NCBI GenBank assembly: GCA_973895155.1
Contig: OZ316893.1
Coordinates: 7,836,963-7,900,962 of the forward strand
Direction: 5' to 3'
Source: Marsupella aquatica
Taxonomy: Eukaryota; Plantae; Marchantiophyta
Length of the DNA stretch: 64,000 nt
Shown in pieces: positions 11,872-23,874 of the stretch. Position 1 is the first letter of the stretch. The number at the start of each line of letters is the position of its first letter. Made by a program: the position numbers and the translations under genes. The notes under the pieces are model-generated. The model was not told the origin of the DNA. It did no database searches and saw only the letters and a program-made list of their open reading frames with translations.

Positions 11872-14422
11872 TTTGGGTATCAAACGACAAATCATATATA
11901 AAGCTTCAAGAAGGAGGAAGTCCATAGATTCCGATTGTTTGATAAGGTTTCCAATGGGGGAAAGGAAAGTGAGAAGCGACAAAATTTCAGCTGAAGTCCG
12001 AAGAATTGTGGAAAAGTTTTGGGAATCAAATACTCGAATCTCTCCTTGCGCCAAGGACAAGGCTAGACTAAGATTGAGTATAAATGTGTACGAGGAGCAT
12101 GGGGTGCATTGGCTGGAGGATACCCAGGTTAGATTTTGTTAATTTGTCATTATCAATGACATTCAAATAGGGTTTACAATAGGGTACAGGAGCTTTCATG
12201 TTCATCAGTAAGCAATTTGAACTCTACTGCATCTTTGTTTACAATGATTGAATATGTTTTGAAGCAAGGCTTGCATCTTTTTCAGGTGGAGTTTTTTCTA
12301 AAATTCCAGGAGTTTTGCAGCAGAGATGAGAATGGAGTTAATATAGGCTTCAGGTCTTTTCAGTATATGAAGCCTTACTACGTTCGTACGTCCTATGAAA
12401 GACAGAAATGTTTGTTGCTGTAAGCAACATGTTGAAATGGACCTCTTGAAGGAGGCAATCAACAAATTCAGGAAGCATGAACACAGTAAGCATTGCTCTT
12501 GTGATTGCCCCATTTGCACATCAGTTGATGCTCCTTTGCAGAGTTGTGTAGCTTCTAGAACAACCATAACATCTGTACGGGGCTGGATAGATGGAGCTCT
12601 TTGTCCAAGAGCTGAGGGGAAGCAGTGGCATGGAAAGAAATGTATCATGGGTTCCTGTAAGAATTGTGGTGTCAACAAGTTGGATTGGTGTACATCTGAG
12701 TTAGATCCAGTTGACAAGCAATTTATTGAGTGGGAGACATTTCAGTATTTGGAGTTAGATGAGAAAGCCCAGCAAAAGAGAGAGAAGAAAAAAGGAACAG
12801 ACGAGAGTGCTACAAAAAAGTCAAAACGGTTGAGAATGGTGTTTAAGAGAACTTCAATGGGTGAATTCAAGAGTCACGTTTTGAATACAATGAAGACATT
12901 CATTGTGCATAATTTCAGAGCACGTTGGCAGTCAGAACAATTCAAACTTTGTTTGAAAACTTTCCCTAGAGGAACTATAGTGTCATCTATTGATATCTCT
13001 GAAAATTACACGTTCAAAATCCAAAATGAGATACAGAGTCAACACTGGGATAATAGACAGGTCACTTTGTTGATTCATGTCACTTATAGGCATAGAGAAG
13101 ATTGTATGGAATCTCTGGAGGCTGCTGTTGGAAGTACGGTTCGGATGGCATTGGATGAGGAGGGTGGTCGAGACATTATTGCAGATTATCATTTTTATAT
13201 CAATGATGACAATTGTCACGACACTCTCTTCGTCCAACATTGCATGGATGCTCATAACCAGTGGATGAGGGAGGAAGGAATTCAGTTTGAGCAACATTGG
13301 GTCTGGTCAGATGGGGCTGCTTCACAGTTCAAGGCTTGCAGACCTTTTTATTATGTATCCAGATACTACAAAAGATTTGGTGCACGAATGAAGTGGTATT
13401 TCCATGCTTCAGGGCACGGAAAAGGTGTCGCTGTAAGTTGCAATATTACTTTACATGTACATCCGCTCATTCCAGATTGTGTTTTAAGCTGAAGTTCCCT
13501 ATAGTAAATTTGTTGTTCTATATTCATTCATCATCCAAGTTTCATTTCCTGAGATGAGTACTATGGTGTGTGCTTTTAGGATGCCCTTGGAGGCCACATA
13601 AAGCAAGGGATTGAGAGAGAACAGCTGAAGGGAATCCATGGACATCGATTGGAGAATGCCCATGATGTGGTTTTGTTCTGCAAGGACAAATTTGCTATGG
13701 GCCAAGAAAAGGAGTATGGAGACGTCCAACTTGTTTGACGCCTGTTTTGGGAGATTCCAATGGGAGCTGTCAATCGCAAGAAGAAATGGGACTGTGATCC
13801 TATCCTAGGTTCCCGATCCTTACACTGCTTTGATGGATTTAGTAACCACCTATCAACTCTCCTTCAAGTCAGAGAACTTTGTTGTTTTTGTCCTCATTGC
13901 TTAGATGATGAACCTTTGCAATGTGAGAATATAAGTTGGGCTGGACAGTTTAAGCTCGTCATGGTGAAAGGAGTCCTGCCAAGTGACGTGACAACTGATG
14001 TGGAAGAAATGGGAGTGGGGGAAGGACTGTACCAATGGGAGGATGGGCTGCTGGCCGAATTGGTTCAACAAGGTGACTTCTTTGCAGTGAAGGCTGAGAT
14101 AGGTAACAAGTGGAATGTGGACTTCTACATTCTTCAATGTGAGCAGACTTTGCACACCGTGAAGAAGAGTTTCAAGGACTCGTATGGAGAGGAATTTAAT
14201 GAGGGTGATTTAGCTTTGAGGGCAGTGTGGTTTCAACAGGTCCCAGGGCGAGATAAAAAAATTGTGGTGAACGATCTAGCTGGCGTGAGCTACGCCCATG
14301 CTGAGACAGTAGTTCACCTTAGATTTGGTCTCACTCCATGTGAGGCAGGAAAGGGACGATATAGAATGTACACCCTTGAGCCCGAGACTCTGGCAGCAAT
14401 ATATGCATCCTTGGGTTCCTAG
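11872..14422 (+). pseudogene. Sola-superfamily (Sola2-type) DDD transposase, 5' part separated by the CACTA insertion
   Basis: Exons ~11872-12127, 12286-13432 and 13580-14422. Motifs SIDISENY..QNEIQSQHW..QVTL, WSDGAASQFK and HGKGVA|DALGGHIK give a three-Asp triad, with Cys-rich N- and C-flanks. There is a 4-nt frameshift at ~12388 and a TGA at 13736. The subgroup assignment is from remembered motif patterns. Confidence 0.75.
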
Positions 14423-14509
14423 CAATATGAAGGAGGATATTGAGGTGTGTTCACCATTTTTTCTCCATCACCAGTCCTCTATTCTCCGTTTGAAGTCCTT
14501 TGTCTTTTG

Positions 14510-15070
14510 TCTCTAGTCCTCAGTTATCTGTTTCTGGTCCTCAGTCCTCGGTCACTAGTCCTCAGTTCCTTCGTCCGGAGTCCTCAATCTGTTGGCTTCA
14601 GTCCTTAGTCTTTGCCATGAGTCCTCGGTTTCTTCCCTGAGTCCTCAGTCCTTTTCCCTGAGTCCTCAGTCTGAGTCCTCTGCCTCAGTCCTCAGTCCTC
14701 AGTCCTAAGTCCTCAATCCTAAACCCTCAGTCCTCAGTCCTTATCCCTAGTCCTCAGTCCTAAACCATCAGTCCTCAGTCCTTATCCCTAGTCCTCAGTC
14801 TTGTGCCCGAGTCCTCAGTCCTCTGCCCCAAATCCTCAGTCCTTCATTCTGAGTCCTTAGTCCTTTTCCCCGAGCCTTCAGTCCTCCATCCTTAGTCCTC
14901 AGTCCTCTACCCTGAGTCATCAGTCCTCCACCCTGATTGAGTCCTCAATCTGCCATCCCTACTCAATGAGTCCTCTGGCCCAAGTCCTGAATTAGCAAAC
15001 TTTTGTCAATCCTTAGTCCTAAATTCCCAGTACCCAGTCTGCCCTTATGTCCTAAACAACTGTCCTCAGG
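14510..15070. repeat. Degenerate CTCAGTC/AGTCCT heptamer array
   Basis: Dozens of AGTCCT(C/T) units in tandem directly downstream of the Sola2-type transposase stop codon. Confidence 0.9.
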
Positions 15071-15322
15071 GTTTTCCTGAGTCTAGAGTTAGAGCCCTGG
15101 GAGATATTATAGCCATGTACTTCTTGCTAAAAAGACCAAAATCCGTCTTACTTATATATGTACATTACAGTTGCTACAATAGGTTGGCTAAAGTCTATCT
15201 GCTGAACTGTTCTTCCCTGCGTGAGCTTGACTATTTCTGTCACTAATATTTATGTGGATTGTTGTTCCACAGGACTTTGAGCTCCCTGAAGGTGGACTAA
15301 CTGAGGACTATCCACTAATATG

Positions 15323-15395
15323 ATTGTATACTAACTGAGGACTATCCACTGAAGGTTAAACCATATCAGTGGATAGTCCTTAGTTAGTATACAAT
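15323..15395. repeat. 30-bp inverted repeat (hairpin, 13-nt loop)
   Basis: ATTGTATACTAACTGAGGACTATCCACTGA (15323-15352) pairs with TCAGTGGATAGTCCTTAGTTAGTATACAAT (15366-15395) with one mismatch. Confidence 0.9.
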
Positions 15396-16275
15396 AAAGG
15401 CTAAGCAGGCATTGGATATCACTAGTGAAGGGTAGCATTGAATATTACTTAGTAACTTAGGTCTCTTGTTAGTAATCGCTATATATGTGCAGTAAGATGC
15501 ACCTGTTTTGTAATAAATCCCTTGTGCACAATAAAGTTCATTTTAATTGGCCCATCTCTTGTCAAGCTTAGTTTTCAACTGAGAAGTCTCAAGTGGCGTG
15601 GCCATTATATCACTTGAATGTATTAATTTCAATCATCTGGACTTCATGTTTGAGTTTGTGTATTTACTGTCTAGAACATAGCTACAGTCCTTCCCATTCA
15701 AGACTCCCAATTTCCCAAAACGTTTTTGGATCAACTATCCCTGGCTAGTTCATAAGGACTAAGGAAGAGTTTGATGCGATTCCAAATGGGACCACTTCCC
15801 AGCTCTAAGAATGGTTAGTATTCTCATTGTCTACCTGTTCCAGATCCAGAAAGAGCAGGACAATGTATAGTAGAGATTTCATATTGGAAAAGTCCAACCT
15901 AAGAGAACTCAAAACCTACAACCCTGAGAAAGGAGGCTGGAGTTGTCATCCATTATATGTGCCCTGCGGGGATGGGATGGAGTTGAATATTTACTTACCA
16001 CTGCAAGAGTAAAAATGCAACCTATGTCCCACAGTATACTAGAAGGTGGAGGTTTTGAAGTCAAGCGCATCCCAAGGTGGAGTTAAACTGTCTAACTTAC
16101 TTCAATAGCCGCTACTAAAAGGTAGTACTTATGTCCCACAGGAAAGTCATTTGAGTGGGGAAAAATATACGCGCTTCAAAATATATTCATGATTGCTCTT
16201 GAGTCTTAGTTTACAAAGATTGGAGTAAACATCCAAGTGTAATTGGTTCCAACTTTGTCTAACTACTTCACTATA

Positions 16276-16980
16276 CTACTCGTAGGTGATCTTCATAGAT
16301 TTCACGGACTCAAATAGCTCCCCTCCAAAATTCACACAGGCATCCTTAAGTCTACTGAGCGGCCCCAAGTGGGCTTTCACCGGAGTAGTGTCACTACGGC
16401 TGAGCGAGTTCAAAAACTTAGGATTGTTGTCTTCCTTTGGTATGATCACATGTACACTACTATGTGGCTCAGGGAGGCTAGGTCCTACTTTAGGCTCACA
16501 TTTAATAACACTAGTTGACTGTAAAGACCTAGCCACAGCAAGTGCTCGACAGGCATCTTTGTCTTTCACATAAGTAATAGTCCACAATGTACTCATTACT
16601 TGAGTACATGCACTCCTGATCTTGTCAGGGTAGCCATCAAGCTCGTCCTTAAAAACTTTACCAGACACACCCATTAGCTTCTCCCCATTCTCTTCATTAA
16701 ACTGAATCACTTCATCGCCAGTCTGCACAGCAAAGCAGTACATCTGTGTACCAGCCCCATCAACACAGCACTCATGTGTGGTTCTGCCTCGTGAATGGGG
16801 TCCCATTGGGGAGTTTGCATCTTGCCTTCTCAATTTTTGCTTGTGCTTGCCCAAAGCACAGGGTCTACCATCACTCAACAGGTTTGAACAACCTTCATAA
16901 ACATAAGAGCCAGCACAAAGTCCCCACATGGATTCAATCTTGGCCAGATGGAGGGTGACAAACTTCTCATTCTTGGCCAT
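16276..16980 (-). CDS. RPA70 C-terminal (Rep_fac-A_C)-like Zn-binding OB-fold protein
   Basis: YVYEGCSNLLSDGRPCALGK resembles plant RPA1 FCYTACPLMIGDxxCNKKV. MYCFAVQTGD and FNEENGEKLMGVSG resemble RYxxxxxxxD and FxExGEEIMG. The ATG at 16980 is preceded by an AG acceptor. Confidence 0.55.
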   Translation of the reverse strand: MAKNEKFVTLHLAKIESMWGLCAGSYVYEGCSNLLSDGRPCALGKHKQKLRRQDANSPMGPHSRGRTTHECCVDGAGTQMYCFAVQTGDEVIQFNEENGEKLMGVSGKVFKDELDGYPDKIRSACTQVMSTLWTITYVKDKDACRALAVARSLQSTSVIKCEPKVGPSLPEPHSSVHVIIPKEDNNPKFLNSLSRSDTTPVKAHLGPLSRLKDACVNFGGELFESVKSMKITYE

Positions 16981-17194
16981 CTGCAGCAAATCAAACAGAG
17001 AGGCTAAGTATTTAGAAACTGCTAAAATCTTATGCTGCACGTATGCTATCATGGAAGTACTGAATGGCACATTCACAGTTCACTCCTTAAGGACACAGTC
17101 AAGATCCAGATACTACAAAGCACATACTCTACTTGACCCGGGACTTGACCAAGGAAAGGACTTGTTTGCAGAAGGGAGAAATTACTTGAATCAC

Positions 17195-17700
17195 ACCCAC
17201 TCCTCAAAAAGGAGAATCACTCCTTCTCTAAGGACATGCACTCCCTGTTCGACTCCTTTTTTGAAGACGTCTACTACTTTAAGAAGGACATGCACTCCTT
17301 TCCAAAGGACAAACACGCCTAAATGAACAGTCCTTTGGAAAGGAGTAACACTCCTTTTACAAGGACCGAAAGTCCTTTCAAAAGGACTATTGCTCCTTTG
17401 TCAAGGACCAACTGTCCTTTCAAAGGACTAGTGCTCCTTTGTCAAGGACCATCAGTCCTTTAAAAAGGACATGCACTCCTTAACAAAGGAGTGACACTCC
17501 TTGACCAAGGACATGCACTTGCTTTAGAAGGACCTGAACTCCTTGGAAAAGGAGTCAGACTCCTTGGAAAAGGAAATAGACTCCTTGGAAAAGGAGTCAG
17601 ACTCCTTTCACAATGGACATGGACTCCTTGAAAACTGACACCCACTCCTTCACAAAGGCCACCCAGTCCTTAACAAAGAAGAATGTTCAACTAAGAGGTA
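17195..17700. repeat. ~21-bp quasi-palindromic repeat array (ACTCCTT..AAGGA[C/G])
   Basis: Units such as ACTCCTTGGAAAAGGAGTCAG are repeated. They use the same AGGACT/AGTCCT core as the 14.5-kb array. Confidence 0.85.
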
Positions 17701-18118
17701 AAAAAATGGTTGACAAGGGCTCACAGTCCTTGACAGAGCAGATTTCAGAACTCGTTTAATTGACACAAGTCATGAACTAAGTGTAAAAGGACTGTACAAG
17801 ACTCGCTCCTGTGTACACTCCTTTCAAAAAGGACCAGACCCCTCATCTAAGATTACTCAGATTAGAGAGTGACCGTGCTATTACCAACAAGACTTTGCTA
17901 AAGGTTCCTCATCATTTGCACATGACATTTGCCAATAGAGGGTTTAGTGAAGACTTACCAGTGAGAAACTGAGAATTGCTCAAAAATATGATTTGCGGCT
18001 GGTCTTTCGAAGCTACACAAAGAGCATAGAGGAAGTTTTAAACACAAAAGGCATGAAAATCACGGTATGCGCATTGCAAAATGCACACCACATCTTCAAC
18101 AGCCACAGAATGTACGAC

Positions 18119-20545
18119 TTAAAACGTTATCCGAGGCATATTGTAAAGCTTCTTCTTTGGCCTAGCATCTACACCATCGCAATTTGGTGGAGGTATTGTC
18201 GGTCCATAAGGGCTTGGAGTCTTCAGTGAAGAGTATGTCTTAAAGGTGACATCTGCCTCTGGGAAAAATGGGAGAGTGGCACTAGGCATTAGCACATGTT
18301 GACCAGGCTTAGCACTCAACAACGGTATTAATTTCACCTTCCTGCTAGAATCTACATCACACTTCCGTTTTTTCCCTGAATCCTCATCCTCAACCTTTGG
18401 TGACAACTTGACCATCTTGGATGATCTGTCTTCACCACCGCAATCCTCAATAGCTGCATCCTCAACCGTGGAAGAAGGTGTTATAGAAGCCAAGCATCGC
18501 TCAACAATCTCTTGCAAATCCTGCTCCACAACAGCAGACCATGTTCCATAAGAAGCAGTACACAGTGAACAGTGCTCAACATCCATTCGTAACCCATCCA
18601 TCTCCAAAGATTGCAAATTCATCAATTGAAAGCCAACTAGCAATTAAAGTGCAGATCAGTGTGGATACCTTTCCTTCGATTGAGACCATATTGTTCACCA
18701 ACTGTCGCCTCTGGGCCAATTGCCTACAGTTCTTCCCATATAGGTCCTCCACTTCCATGGCCATTGGGTGATGCTCCAGGGCTATATGAGTGCCCTCTTT
18801 GTAGCCTTGCTCATCATCTAAACCCCAGGTTTGTAACCAGTCATTACTGAAAATTGCCCCGCATGCCTTGCATTGTGGGCCGCCCGTACATGAATGAATA
18901 TAAGTAAACAAACATGCAGGATGATATGTGTGCCCACATGATGCTGGGATCCAATTGTAGCAATGGTATCCATTGCAACAAATTGGACAACTTGATACAG
19001 ATACTCTGCTAAAACTTGTTTCAGTGGATGTAAGGGTATAACGTGACATCACTGCAGGACATGGGTTGCATAAAACGTTTGCCACAATCGCAAGCTCTAC
19101 TTCCTGATGCTTCAAATTAGATTCAATCTTTCGGCGTTCTGCTGTTAACTTGTTAGATAAGTCAAACATCCAGGACATCATTTTAGGCACACTCTCGTCA
19201 TACTCTTGTTTTCTCTGTAATCTTTCCTTCACACTATGCAAATCCCGTCGGGTGGCTTCCAACAGGCTAGAAAGCTGGATGACTGTACTCTCGTGAGTTC
19301 TCAGCGTTGTCCCCATCAAGGCCAACAAGTCGTTGTTAACCTGCAATATCAACATTTCAAACAATCACATGTCTTGCCACAAGGTCCATCGCCTAAAGCC
19401 CACATTGAAGTCCACAACCGCAAACAAACGGGTCCTGAACAGAGAAAGGACATGATCCTAGCAAGATGAAGGAGGAAATCTCAAAGTACCTCTTCAATCG
19501 CCTCTCCTTCACCCTGCTTGTTGGATTCCAACTCAATGTCGGTCGTTAGTTCTTCCACTGCAATTTCTTCTGCATCAATTTCGTTGGAGATTTTATCTTC
19601 TTGAAGTCGTAGGTTCTCAATCTCTTGCTGTAATGAGCTCTCCACATCATCACGTCCCGACTGAATTACCTTCAGTTTGTCCATGGTAGAATGGACCTTG
19701 TCGAACCTCTTGTTCACAGACATGAGCTGACCCCTCATTTTAGATATCTTGACTTCTATGGCAGATACCAGAATGTTCTTCACTTTCAAGGGAATCTGTC
19801 TCTTCTCGGATGGACGAACACATAGAATAGGTGTGGGAGGAGGTACTGTCCTAACCTTAGTCAAGCTGCAACTGCCAAGCTCCTTGGGCACGACACTTTT
19901 AGGGCTCTCAAAAAGTGCTAACTGTCCGTCACAGACGACAGGTTTAGTCTCTGACGAAGACTTTGGAGCTGAATACAGTTGAGGCTTTCTAACACAAGGA
20001 GGGCCATCAGGCCTACCTTTCCCATCTCGTGACCACTGAGTTACCTGACCCTTCAGTTTTGTCGATGCATAAGCTGCCCAGTTTACCTTTCTATGAAGCA
20101 CCCACTCGGCATAGGCACCTTTGACAAACGTATGAGATAGAATTCCATTAACAGGCTTCTCATACCCGTCCACCACTTGAGACAGTGCTAAAATCTCATC
20201 AAGAGGAATACCCGTGCAAGTACTTAGCTTATAGCCATTCCTTGTTACCTCACCAAAGCACGCACTCAACTGTTCCTCGGTGAGATCTAAAATCTTGTGC
20301 GGAGTTTCACCCTCATTGGGGAGACCAAAGTTTGTAGCAAACCAGGCTGCATCCTTGTAGAACTCGGTCGGAGACCAAGTTACATCAAAGCTCTGGCCTT
20401 TCACTTTCTTAGCTGCTCTTGGCAGTTGAGCTTTGGTGTTTTCCTTCGTGATGCCTGTCTCAGCTTTCGCCAGGACATTGGATACTTGCTGTATCGACTT
20501 GACATCCACCCCTCCATCAACTGTCAATGGAGAAGTGGTATCCAT
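18119..20545 (-). pseudogene. Coiled-coil + RING-H2 finger protein (transposon cargo), frameshifted near 18620
   Basis: Exon 20545-19490, intron, then exon from 19340. Long coiled-coil, then CPICCNGYHCYNWIPASCGHTYHPACL..CKAC, a C3H2C3 RING. The C-terminal part is in the 18119-18643 frame. Confidence 0.7.
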
Positions 20546-21292
20546 CAAACTCTTCTTGAATAAACAAAAAAACTGTGACTAAACACTCAATAAGACCTCT
20601 GCCCACAATATGTAAAGGTACGCCTTACAGGATGGACTAAACTACACGGAGCAATAGCCTATAACACGATTTCGGACCGAACGAGAACTATTTCCTCTAA
20701 ACGAGAAGTGTATTTTCATTTTCCGCCAAATCTCGCGAAATCGGCAGTTTTTTTCATCAAACATGCGTTTTTGGGGAAATAATGTAATTCGTATCGGAGT
20801 TCGGATTGAAACAACAAATTTAATAATGATCAAAACCAATGAAATTCATGCTAACAAACATTCATATTATCAAGGAACAATTAGATCCGAAAAACTTTCT
20901 CCTCGACCTCATATTCACGCTCTCCAAAGATATATGAAAGGTCTTATCTATAAATCCATATCCACGTTTTGAGCCAAGTGCGATAACTGTATCGGACTCC
21001 GGATTTGAGCCACGAAAACTCCGACCCAATCTCAGGTTTCTCAGTTTTTGGATATTTACCAAAAATATTTTACATCACAGTCGATAAGAATTATTGCACG
21101 GTTCGTCAAACTTACCTTGCAGTTACCTCCGCAATTGACCAGTTACCTCCGCAAGTGACCATAGTCAACATGCCATTCTTTCAACAGCAATGCGCAGTCC
21201 GATAAAATTATCGCAAAAACTACGGGCGACAAAAATACTAGTCGACAATACTAAGATCCTTCGGTTCATCGGTTAAATTTCAAAATTCCTAT

Positions 21293-21497
21293 CCATATGA
21301 AGAAAACTCTTCGCAATACCAACATCAGATAAATTTATCGCTTCAATTTCAAAATTGCAACTTCCATATGAAGGAACCACTTTTGCAATACCAACATCAG
21401 ATAAATTTATCGCTTCAATTTCAAATTGCAACTTCCATATGAAGGAACCACTTTTGCAATACCAACATCAGATAAATTTATCGCTTCAATTTCAAAA
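21293..21497. repeat. 71-72-bp tandem repeat (~3 copies), each with a GATAAATTTATC palindrome
   Basis: CAATACCAACATCAGATAAATTTATCGCTTCAATTTCAAA recurs at ~21314, 21386 and 21457. Confidence 0.9.
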
Positions 21498-21589
21498 CTA
21501 TATAATTTTGCCACGATGCACGTGTGAGAATGAAATTGGAAATCCAAGAAATATACCCTTTTCTGCTATTTTGTCGTTTAGGGTGACAG

Positions 21590-21639
21590 CCAATCAAAAG
21601 TGGACACGTGGGCCAACCCCTCAACAGACACTATAAAAG
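21590..21639 (+). promoter_or_regulatory. Candidate core promoter of the Sola1-type transposase
   Basis: CCAAT (21590), G-box CACGTG (21605) and TATAAAA (21632), ~120 nt upstream of ATG 21753. Confidence 0.45.
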
Positions 21640-21752
21640 GGCCACCGCCGATAAGTTTTTGGCGTCATTATCGAGAGTAGAGTTTTGGGAGTTGTGTTCT
21701 TGGAGCAACATTCTATCCGTTGAGCCTTTTGTTTTCCCTGATTGCGGGAGGA

Positions 21753-23874
21753 ATGCAAAGCCCCATAGTGTCTCGGATAGCCATGTCTCAATCAGACACA
21801 GATTCACCTTCCAGTTCAGTTGAATCCTCTCCTAATCTTGTCGCTCGCTGTTTGCCAAGTCGCATACTTAAAGCTCTACCTCTCTCACAGCAAATAGTGC
21901 CCGAAATCTCTGACTCAGATTCTGATGCAAGTTCTGGTCCTCAGCCGAGTGCTTACTATGTGTCGCCTAGTAAACCTGAGAAGCGTCGTCTCTTGAGCGT
22001 TCCATCGCCAAGAAATGAGAAACTTTCAATCCCAGGTTTAGGTCCAAGATGTCGCTTCAGGCCATCCATCCCGGGTTATGGAGAGGGTATCCAACGACCG
22101 ATACGCATATCGCAGTCGGCATTCAAGTCGCCACATTCAACACAAGTTCAACGACGGATCTTTCAGTCTTCGGGTGAGGATCAGGACACAGAAATACAAA
22201 GACCGATACGGCGATCGGTCTTTGCATTGCCTGGACTGGATGTGCGAGCAAGCAAGGGAATCGGACTGCGAAGTCCAGACTCGGCCCTTTCTCGAATGGT
22301 TCGTGGGAATCATGGTGAACAAGTGCTCAATTTTCCAGCAGCTCGCGGAGTCATTGGGACTGCACGTGCGAATCCAGAATCTCCAAGTTCTCAAGGGCGG
22401 ACTGTCATTGGTTCCAGGCTCCAAGTATCGAGGAGAGGTCTTAGTGGCGTTTGGGTTATGTATAGAGAGCCACGGAGTCCAATTGTGTTTTCAGATGAGT
22501 CGAGTGCATCGGAGGACGAAGATGAGGAAGGAGATAGAGGATCCGATATAATAGCACAAGTTGTGTCTGAATATTTAGAAGGAGCTGTCAAAGAGAATAG
22601 CTATAGTCGTCTATTTAGTGCCCCTCTAAATGCGTCAAGGAGATCTATAGAGGATGGTAGCTCAGCAGAGAGTGATGCATCTATTCGCGAGGCACCTGAA
22701 GGACCCAAAAATGCCAATGTTATGAACGGATTTCAGGTTGTAGAGAAGTCAAATGAGCCTAGTAAAAAAGATAGGGACCGAATTACTAGGAAAGGCAATG
22801 TGATAAATGACAAATTGAATAGAAACAAAATGAGAGAAATTCAGAAGTATTCGTGTTGTGATAATTACTGTCTGCGGAATTTGGGTCTGCTAGCCGTGAC
22901 GAAACAACGCACTTATTACTATGGGCTATCCTACCCAGAGAAGAACGTCCTTCTAAGAGGATGTGTGAAGGGTGGGCATGCTGGTGCAAGTGGTTACTCA
23001 GTTAGCGGTAGATCCTTTTGTCGGAGTGGTTTTAAGAAATTATTTTCACTAGGAAATAATCATCTCCAAAAAATCTCGCAGAACATGTTTTCTCGGATAC
23101 AGATTGGTACAGTTTGTCGAGAAAAATCACCCGCACATCTTGGTCTCGTCCAATGGCTGGAAGATTTTTTTTCCACAAATGTCGAGAGTCTCCCCAACAA
23201 GGATATCTTTCATTTACTTGACAATTGGACAAAAACAGAAGTTTTTGATGCCTTCCAGTCCAAAACTCTAATGCGCCAAGAACAAGGCATGACATATTCA
23301 TGGTTTGTTCGCATTTGGAACAAGGAGTTTCCTCGCGTGTGCATCCCCAAAAGGAGCCGTTTCTCCACCTGCGCCCCGTGTACTGAATTCAAAGCACTCC
23401 GTGACAAGGCAACACTCGAAGCAGAAAAGAGTAAGTTTCTAAACCTGTGTGTTACTCCCGATAATTTTATCGGGTTGAGTATTCATGTGCTTCTTCTTTG
23501 GCCATGTGAGTGAATATATCGTTTGAACAGTTTGAATACTGAACCTGATAGATTTATCGCTGTCATAGTTTTTCATTACGATCTTGTGTTTGAATACTGA
23601 ACCCGATAAATTTATCGTTGTCAGGGTTTATCATTACGGTCTTGTGTTTAAATACTGAACCCGATAAATTTATTGTTGTCAGGGTTCAACATTGCGGTTA
23701 TCATGTTTTGTCCTAAACATTTTTATTATTGTAGGAAAATTCTCAACATTGCTAAACGAGCATCGAAAGGCACAAGCAGTCGAGAGGGAGAAGTTAGCAA
23801 AGCACCGGAGCAAATGTTACAAGAGTCCGGAGAAAAATTTGGGCATCTGTATTGATGGAATGGATCAAAAGAAG
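21753..23874 (+). pseudogene. Sola1-type transposase, truncated just after the first catalytic Asp
   Basis: Ser/Arg-rich N-terminus, then CCDNYC, SWFVRIWNKEFPRVCIPKRSRFSTCAPC, an intron at 23431-23734, and HRKAQAVER..LGICIDGMDQKK, after which homology stops. Confidence 0.7.
23533..23700. repeat. 58-bp tandem repeat (3 copies) in the transposase intron, with CGATAAATTTATCG palindrome
   Basis: AATACTGAACCCGATAAATTTATCGTTGTCAG units at ~23535, 23593 and 23651. Confidence 0.9.

Noticed and set aside
15420-15427. CACTAGTG as a CACTA terminus
   Set aside because: It has no extended match to the TIR at 11852-11871 and no paired end.
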